DNA from: an uncultured Planctomycetales bacterium
GTDB lineage: Bacteria; Planctomycetota; Planctomycetia; Pirellulales; PNKZ01
Length of the DNA: 64,000 bases
NCBI GenBank assembly: GCA_963710365.1
Contig: CAVQAC010000019.1
Coordinates: 552,969 to 616,968 of the forward strand
Direction: 5' to 3'
A program made the position numbers and the translations under genes. Each line of letters starts with the position of its first letter. The stretch's first letter is position 1. Shown in pieces: positions 57,658 to 64,000 of the stretch. The notes below the pieces were generated by a model that saw only the letters and a list, made by a program, of their open reading frames with translations, ran no database searches and had not been told where the DNA came from.

Positions 57658-57805
57658 CCGTGAACCGCTCTGATAAGTCCGCAATCATGTCGCCGCAAGT
57701 CGAGCGAGCATTCTAGCCGATCAATGCCGGCCGTGCCCAGGCGATGTTGGGGGGCAGTAACTAGACCAATGGCAGGGAGCATGCTCCAAATAGCAGAGGC
57801 TGTTG

Positions 57806-58700
57806 CTAGCAGCGGCGGGCCTGGATCACCCGGGCGTGACCGGCCAGATCTTTGATCGTCGGCGAAAGCTCAAACTGTCCCTGAGGCTTCGACCAGGCGG
57901 CGAACGTCGGACTCGATGGCCGGCCCGATCTCGACCAGCAGCCAGCCGCCGGGCACGAGCCGCTCGGCAGCCTGCGGAATCAGCCGCTCGATGATCTCGG
58001 TCCCGCTGCGCGCCGGCTTCCAGCGCAATCCGCGGCTCGAACTTGCGCACGTCGACCATCAGAGCATCCATTTCCGACGATTTGACGTACGGCGGGTTGC
58101 TGACGACGAAGTCGAACCGCCGATCCGCCGCAACGCTCGCGAACAGATCGCTTTCGACGAACTCGATTTTGTCCGCCACGCCGTGGTCCTGGGCATTTTC
58201 GCGAGCCACGGCCAGTGCCGCCGGGCTGATGTCGATGCGCCGTGACAGCGCTGTCGGGAAGTTCTGGCGCGGCACAAACGGCCAGGATGCCGCTGCCGGT
58301 GCCGACGTCGGCGATTCGCAGCGGGTCGCTCGACGATCTGGCAGCCTGCTGTTTCGCCAGATCCAACAGCCGGATCAGCAAGAACTCCGTCTCGGGCCGC
58401 GGGATGAGCACGTCGGGCGTGACGCGAAACGCAGAGCGAATAGAACTCGCGCCGGCCGACCAGGTAGGCCACCGGCATGCCCTGGGCCCGTTGGCGCACG
58501 AACTCGCGGAACTTTTGCCGCACGGCTTCGGGGGGCTGCTCGTCGAACGTGGTGTAGAGCTGAATTCGCGGGCAGCCCAGGGCATGGGCCAGCAGCACTT
58601 CGGCGTCGAGCCGCGGGCTTTCGGCGTCGCGCTGGCGCAAGAAGTCGGTCGTCCAGGCAAGCAGCCGGCCGACCGTCCAAACTTCTTCGGTCTGGGCCAT
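57806..58700 (-). pseudogene. prmC: release-factor glutamine N5-methyltransferase PrmC (HemK), about 4 frame breaks
   Basis: [35 protein letters not shown] / [30 protein letters not shown] / ..[25 protein letters not shown] (NPPY) ..FEPRIALEAG / GTEIIERLIPQAAERLVPGGWLLVEIG / FELSPTIKDLAGHARVIQARRC, with a stop at 57806-57808. Confidence 0.85.
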
Positions 58701-58720
58701 GGCCAGCTTCCCCCGCGACG

Positions 58721-59797
58721 TCAATCGATGGTGTCCATGGCGCTGCGTTGCTGCTGACGATCGTATTCGATCAAGCGCGTCGATGACCGGTCCGACGTTG
58801 CCCGACAGGATATTGTCGAGCTTGTAAAGCGTCAGGTTGATGCGGTGATCGGTAAGCCGATTTTCCGGAAAGTTGTAGGTGCGAATCCGCTGGCTGCGGT
58901 CGCCCGAGCCGACCAGCGTCTTGCGGTCCTGGGCCCGCTTGGCCTGCTCCTCGGCCCGCTTCTGCTCGTACAGCCGTGTCTTGAGCACGCGCAAGCGCCC
59001 GGGCGAAGTTCTTGTGCTGGCTCTTTTCGTCCTGGCACTGGACGACGATGTTGGTTTCGTAGTGCGTCAGCCGCACGGCCGATTGCGTCTTGTTGACGTG
59101 CTGGCCGCCGGGGCCGCTGGCCGAGAACAGATCCTTGCGGTAATCCTCGGGCTTGAGATCGATTTCGACGTCTTCCGGCTCGGGCAACACGGCCACGGTG
59201 GCGGCCGAGGTGTGGATGCGGCCCTTGGCTTCGGTTTCGGGAACGCGCTGCACGCGATGTCCGCCGCTTTCGTATTGCAGCGCGCGGTACACGCCTTCGC
59301 CTTCGATGCCCAGGATCAGCTCCTTGAAGCCGCCCAGCTCGGTGGAGTTCATGTCGAGCACTTCGACCTTCCAGCCCTTGGCTCTCGCAGTAGTGCTTGT
59401 ACATGTCGTACAAGTCGCGGGCAAACAGCGCGGCCTCTTCGCCGCCGGTGCCGGCGCGGATTTCCATCACGCAACGCGAGCGGTTGGCGTCTTCGCCGCC
59501 GATGGTCATGTCCAGCAGTTCGTTCCAGTACACCTCGCGCTGGGCCTTGAGCTCGGGCAATTCGGCCTCGGCCAGTTCGCGCATTTCCGGGTCGTCGCCC
59601 TCGATCATCTTCTGGGTTTCGCCGATCTGCTGATTCAGTCGCCGGAAATGGCGGTACTTGGTGGCCACTTTGGCCAGTTGACCGTGTTCGCGCGCAACGG
59701 CAGCCAGTTTGGACGAATTGGCCAACACGACGGGATCGGAAAGCTGACTTTCCAGCTCCTCGAACCGTGCCAGTTGTTGATCGAGCAGTTCCTTCAT
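58721..59797 (-). pseudogene. prfA: peptide chain release factor 1, three frame breaks (about 59395, about 58990, about 58770)
   Basis: [44 protein letters not shown] / [59 protein letters not shown] (GGQ) / [42 protein letters not shown] / [16 protein letters not shown], with a stop at 58721-58723. Confidence 0.92.
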
Positions 59798-59975
59798 CGC
59801 CTTCCCTTGCAGCAATCAAAGCCTGGCGGCCAAATTGCCCAAGGGCCAGTCTGCCCGAAGACCAGGGAAAGATGGCGCGAAACCTTTCGAGGCGCATCCG
59901 TCGCGGCATCTTGCGCCGCGCCGCCGGAGCTGCATTAACGAACGCAGCCGTCAGAACGTCCTGTTCGCGAATGCG

Positions 59976-60245
59976 CTAGCCTTCGCCACCTTCGGTCGAA
60001 GCGGGAGCCTTGGCGGCCTTCTTGCCGCGATTCAAGCTGGCGTAGCCCGCGCCGGCGAACTTGCTCTTGAACTTCTCGATGCGGCCGGCCGTGTCGAGGA
60101 ACTTCAGCTTGCCCGTAAAGAACGGATGGCAAGCGTTGCAAATATCGACCTTCAGTTCCGGCTGCGTGCTGCGTGTGACGAACGTGTTTCCGCAGCCGCA
60201 CTTGACCAGGGTCGGCACGTACTTGGGATGAATGTCTTTTTTCAT
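59976..60245 (-). CDS. rpmE: 50S ribosomal protein L31
   Basis: [46 protein letters not shown].. (CxC...CxxC zinc type) with a Lys/Ala-rich C-terminal tail. Confidence 0.95.
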   Translation of the reverse strand: MKKDIHPKYVPTLVKCGCGNTFVTRSTQPELKVDICNACHPFFTGKLKFLDTAGRIEKFKSKFAGAGYASLNRGKKAAKAPASTEGGEG

Positions 60246-60350
60246 GGCGAGACCGAATTCCTTGCCGCAGCCGGGCTTGCGTAAATCACCGACCGAGCAT
60301 CAAGCATGGCCCAATAACGGGCAGATCCAATCGAATAAGAACCTAGAATC

Positions 60351-61096
60351 TTAGCAACCGGGCCATCGGTAGGCAAGAGGCTTTGGCTGGCAATGCCGGC
60401 CCGGGCAGCGGGGGCCTTCGGCCGCAAATACTGTGGGAATAGTTCGATGACCCTCGTGCTGGAACTGCTTGGCGAGGCGTTTTGCGTCCTCGCCGAGCCG
60501 CTTTTTGAATGGCTCGTTGGGGCCTGCGTCGGCATTTGGCAGGCGGCCGTCGAAGTCGTCAGGTACCGGCGGCTGGAACGCGACGAAAAGAGCCGGAAGC
60601 AACAGAAATAGTCCAAACACCGCGATTAGCCAGCGAGTGCAATGACGAATAACGCTACGGTCGCCGAACATGCGCCGAGCAGCCCGGCTGCCGCGCTCCA
60701 CCAGACGCTGCGACGCGGGGCGCCGATGCAACCTCCCACCAATAAACCCGTGACTGCGACAATGGGAGGCGCCCAGTCGCCCAACCGCTGAAACCCGTAG
60801 TACAAAAGCAGCGCAAGTGCGGCCACGGCGGCGACGGAAGCGGTAATCGCGCCCCACCAGAACTTGCCTTGAAGTGCGCCGACAGATCCTCCCAGCAAAA
60901 AACTCGGCAGTGCAAGTCGGGCGATGAAGCCTAATGGAATTAGGTCGCGATGCGTATGGCAGCGCACGGTGCCGCCGACTCCGGACACCACGCCTGCGAT
61001 GGCGCATAACAGCGATATGGCAATGCGTCTTAACATGACACGGACTTGAGGCCTCATCGCGGCGTAGCGCCTAAAACCACTCATTGTGTCGCCCAT
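60351..61096 (-). pseudogene. hypothetical polytopic membrane protein, probably one gene with a frame break about 60628
   Basis: ORF 60626-61096 (4-5 hydrophobic helices) ends ..ATVALFVIALAG. The overlapping frame continues the helix (LIAVFGLFLLLPALFVAF) into a soluble tail (QPPVPDDFDGRLPNADAGPNEPFKKRLGEDAKRLAKQFQ). The 3' end is poorly defined. Confidence 0.35.
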
Positions 61097-61169
61097 GCTT
61101 CTCTAGCGTTTGCACCCGCAACAGATCGCGGGCCTGCCTAAGCAGTCGTAATGCCGCTGTAACAACTGG

Positions 61170-61561
61170 TCATCCAGCCTTCTCGCGGCAGAACGCCGCG
61201 ACCTGCGATTTTCCGGCGTCACCGCGAGCCACGGCCAGAGTAATTTCGACCAAACCATCTTCATCGGCGACAATCTGGACGTCGTTCATCGCGAGGAAGA
61301 TGATCGCCGAAGCGGCGCCGTTCGCTTGTTCCCATCGACGAATGGATGGTTCTGAACAACGTGGTACAGATACGCGCCGCCATCTCGAACAGATCTCTGT
61401 GCAACAGTTCGCCTGCGAACGAAGCCTGCGGCATTCCCAGCGCCGATTGCAGCAGACCCACGTCGCGCACACCGTCACCACCGCCGTAATGCTCGATCAA
61501 AGCTGCGGTGAATACGCAGCACGTGATCGAGATCCAAGAACTGGGGCTGCACGGCAGGCAC
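61170..61561 (-). pseudogene. doc: Doc (Fic-fold) toxin, three frame breaks (about 61500, 61380, 61320)
   Basis: A GTG at 61561 follows immediately after the antitoxin TAG. The pieces are VPAVQPQFLDLDHVLRIHRS / LIEHYGGGDGVRDVGLLQSALGMPQASFAGELLHRDLFEMAAR / YLYHVVQNHPFVDGNKRT (Fic/Doc motif HxFxDGNKR) / GAASAIIFLAMNDVQIVADEDGLVEITLAVARGDAGKSQVAAFCREKAG. Confidence 0.8.
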
Positions 61562-61789
61562 CTATTCCGCAAGGCGCTTCATCGCACGACCGAACCGCTT
61601 GTGAACCATCTCCAGCGCCTCTTGGAATTTCTTGTCTTCCGAGCGTTCACGCACGGGCGACAACACCAGACATTGCCCGTCGGTGATGATTTCAAACGGC
61701 GTGTCTGGCGAAACTCGCAGGATTTCGAGAATCGGCTTTTCAATCACCAGTGCGTAGCTGTTGCCATGCTTCGTCAACGTTTTGATCAT
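61562..61789 (-). CDS. AbrB/SpoVT-fold antitoxin (Phd/MazE-like partner of Doc)
   Basis: MIKTLTKHGNSYALVIEKPILEILRVSPDTPFEIITDGQCLVLSP is a typical swapped-hairpin AbrB/MazE N-terminal domain. It is 75 aa and directly abuts doc. Confidence 0.8.
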   Translation of the reverse strand: MIKTLTKHGNSYALVIEKPILEILRVSPDTPFEIITDGQCLVLSPVRERSEDKKFQEALEMVHKRFGRAMKRLAE

Positions 61790-61899
61790 GGCGATACTCC
61801 AGGGTCGTTGCCACTTAATACCAACATTGTAGCACCGAAACCCCGCGCGTGCGATGCCGATGGCATCGAATATTTTATGCCCTCCGCTCTATTCTCTCT

Positions 61900-63459
61900 C
61901 TAGCTTTTGCGCCGCAGCAGATTGCCGGGACGCTGTGGGCCGGTGGTTTGCTCGTACGCCTTGCGCGCCTCGGCGGCTTGCCCCAGGGCCTCGTACGAAC
62001 GGCCCAGGTTGTAGCGGGCCCCTTCGGTCCAAGGGCCATCAGGCGTGGCCTTGAGCGTGCGCTCGCGGAAGTAGTCGATCGCGACCTCGAACAGCCCTCG
62101 ATCAAAGGACACCAGTCCCAACCAGTAGCTGGCGTCGCGCTTGGCGGTTTCCAGGTTCTGCTCCGCGTCGGCTGAAAGCTTGCCCTGGGCGCGGGCTTCG
62201 TGCAGCGCTGCCTCGGCGGGGCGGCACTCCTGGTATTCGTGAATCGCGTTCCGCTCGCCCGTGTACTTGCCCATCAACTGCAGCACGCGGGCTTGCCAGA
62301 GTTTGGCCGGCGGATCGATGAAAGGGCTCAGCTCGCGAATCGAGGCCTGCCGCCCACGCGAATCGGCCGCTTGCTTGCGGGCGGCTCGCTGATAGGGCAA
62401 CGTCCACAACCGCGTGCCAGCTATAAGCGGATTCTCCTTCAGCCGATTGGCAACCTCGCTCGGATCGGTCGAGAGCACCAATCGGCTGTCGCCGGCCAGA
62501 TCGAGTTCCATGAGCCGGCCACGTTCGGTCAGGTACAACGGCGAAGCTTCGACCAGCGCCACGACGCGGCTGAATTGGTCCGGCTTGAAGCGGTAGGGAT
62601 GCTCGGCGTCGAGCTTCCACTCGGCAAAAACCCGTTCGTCGGCGACAGCCTGGGCGAGCGTCGCCACGCCCTGCCCGCCGGGGCTGGGGATCGGCAGCCC
62701 ATACACCGGATCGAACAGGTACAGAACTTTTTCCAGGAGCACAGCCGGCAGCCAGGCATCGGGGAGCTCGCCCCGCTCGGCGGCCGGACCGGCCTGGGCC
62801 AGCAGTACGGCATCGAGCCCTTGCTGGCGGGCAAGCAACAGCCAAACCCAAGCCCGATCGACCGCTTCGCCGCGGCCAAAAAGCAGCGTCTCCCAAGGGC
62901 GATGCGGCCAGGCGACGGATTCTTCCGACCGTACCGGTTCGAGCTGAATGTTGCGAATCGTCCAATCAAACAGCAGCCGAGCCCGGGTGAGATCGTCCAG
63001 TTCGCGGCCAACCGCCGCGCGGGCCACATCGCGAATCCAAACGGCCTCCTGCAATGTCAGGCCGTCTTCGCGATCGAACTTGAACTGCGCCAGGTTCTCC
63101 AGCGACGGCAGCTTACGAACGTCGGGGGGCAACTCGGCCACCAGCGGATCCACCTGCCAGCCCGCGATCGGCTTGCGGAGCGCGATCCACTGGTTCAATC
63201 GGCCGAGGATCTGCGGCAGCACATCGTTGGGGTTGTAGCGATCGACTTCATTCAACAACCCGACGGCATTGACGAACAGCTCTTCGACGATCTCCTCGCG
63301 AGCCGCGACTCCCGACGCGGCGTCGACTTGCATGCTCGAACCCGAGCAGCCGACGAGCGGGAGAAGCGGGACGAAAAAAAGGAGTAAAAGCGGAAAGCTG
63401 AAAGCGGAAAGCCGACGAAGCCGAACGCTAAAACGCGGCGAGGAGTTCATACGATGCAT
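61900..63459 (-). CDS. lipoprotein with C-terminal TPR-like repeats (central region possibly transglutaminase-like, unverified)
   Basis: Signal and lipobox ..LLLLFFVPLLPLVGCSG. The C-terminus has ASYWLGLVSFDRGLFEVAIDYFRE and ARYNLGRSYEALGQAAEARKAYEQ. The 519-aa frame is intact. Confidence 0.55.
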   Translation of the reverse strand: MHRMNSSPRFSVRLRRLSAFSFPLLLLFFVPLLPLVGCSGSSMQVDAASGVAAREEIVEELFVNAVGLLNEVDRYNPNDVLPQILGRLNQWIALRKPIAGWQVDPLVAELPPDVRKLPSLENLAQFKFDREDGLTLQEAVWIRDVARAAVGRELDDLTRARLLFDWTIRNIQLEPVRSEESVAWPHRPWETLLFGRGEAVDRAWVWLLLARQQGLDAVLLAQAGPAAERGELPDAWLPAVLLEKVLYLFDPVYGLPIPSPGGQGVATLAQAVADERVFAEWKLDAEHPYRFKPDQFSRVVALVEASPLYLTERGRLMELDLAGDSRLVLSTDPSEVANRLKENPLIAGTRLWTLPYQRAARKQAADSRGRQASIRELSPFIDPPAKLWQARVLQLMGKYTGERNAIHEYQECRPAEAALHEARAQGKLSADAEQNLETAKRDASYWLGLVSFDRGLFEVAIDYFRERTLKATPDGPWTEGARYNLGRSYEALGQAAEARKAYEQTTGPQRPGNLLRRKS

Positions 63460-63469
63460 GCTTCGGCTT

Positions 63470-64000
63470 TCAGTTTTCCGCTTTTGTTTCTAGCTGCTCG
63501 ACGGTTTCACGGATGGCGAGGATTCTCCGCAACAACGCGGGGAATTCTGCCAGCGGAACCATGTTCGGGCCGTCGCTCGGCGAACTGTCCGGGTCGGGAT
63601 GGGTCTCGAAAAACAGCCCGTCGACGCCGATCGCGGTCGCTGCTCGAGCCAGCGGCTCGACCATGGCCCGATTGCCGCCGGTGGTCGAACCCAAACCGCC
63701 CGGCTCCTGCACGCTGTGGGTGGCGTCGAAGATTACGGGCACGCCAAACGATTGCATCTGCGGAATGGCCCGCATGTCGTTCACCAGCCGGCCGTAGCCG
63801 AAGAACGTGCCGCGTTCGCACAATAGAATTCGCGAACAGCCGGACGCTTGCAGCTTGGCGACAACGTGGCGCATGTCCCAGGGGGCGAGGAACTGCCCCT
63901 TTTTGACATTCACGACCCGTCCCGTGGCGGCGGCCGCCACCAGCAGATCGGTTTGCCGGGCAAGGAAGGCCGGAATCTGCAACACTTCGCAAACTTCGGC
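63470..64000 (-). CDS. kdsA: 3-deoxy-8-phosphooctulonate synthase KdsA (partial; 5' end beyond window)
   Basis: [67 protein letters not shown]. The ORF is open to the window edge. Confidence 0.92.
   Translation of the reverse strand, partial: AEVCEVLQIPAFLARQTDLLVAAAATGRVVNVKKGQFLAPWDMRHVVAKLQASGCSRILLCERGTFFGYGRLVNDMRAIPQMQSFGVPVIFDATHSVQEPGGLGSTTGGNRAMVEPLARAATAIGVDGLFFETHPDPDSSPSDGPNMVPLAEFPALLRRILAIRETVEQLETKAEN

Noticed and set aside
58721-59797. Programmed ribosomal frameshifting in the release-factor gene.
   Set aside because: - Programmed +1 frameshifting is a feature of prfB (RF2), not RF1.
- There are three breaks here, not one.
- Neighbouring genes are equally affected, which points to sequence error.

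Overview
This is a high-GC bacterial chromosome segment. Hand-counted 60-nt samples give about 60-67% GC in core genes. The gene style (weak or absent Shine-Dalgarno sites, many TPR and sulfotransferase-type genes) suggests a Planctomycetota-like genome, but that is inference only.

Layout:
- 0.2-7.7 kb holds metabolic and transport genes: ptsI, an MFS transporter, an archaeal-type glucose-dehydrogenase-like MDR enzyme and a C-N hydrolase.
- 7.7-14.6 kb is a lower-GC accessory island. It carries a small immunity-like gene, a heavily broken secreted-protein gene, three tandem paralogues of an unrecognised two-domain protein, and a stand-alone HNH/EndoVII-like 'GHH' protein. One paralogue is hit by an intact IS630 element.
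- 14.6-40.7 kb is a minus-strand flagellar supercluster colinear with Bacillus/spirochaete fla operons: flgB-flgC-fliE-fliF-fliG-fliH-fliI-fliJ-motE-like-fliK-flgD-flgE-flbD-fliL-fliN-fliO-fliP-fliQ-fliR-flhB, then two plus-strand genes (thioredoxin-like lipoprotein and sulfotransferase), then flhA-flhF-flhG-small membrane protein-fliA.
- 40.7-46.3 kb is the likely control module: a sigma-54 promoter, a sigma-54 enhancer-binding response regulator, a histidine kinase, a FlgN-like protein and a large TPR protein.
- 46.8-64 kb is housekeeping: esterase, amidase, mdh, xer recombinase, galE, nupC, yhaM-like, murA-prmC-prfA-rpmE and kdsA, with an AbrB/Doc toxin-antitoxin pair inserted.

Two window-wide observations:
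- Roughly 40 reading-frame breaks affect about 24 genes, including essential ones (murA, prfA). This more likely reflects indel errors in the assembly than real decay.
- A family of inverted heptanucleotide arrays fills three intercistronic gaps of the flagellar operon, alongside several other long intergenic palindromes.

I recognised no rRNA, tRNA or CRISPR array by eye.
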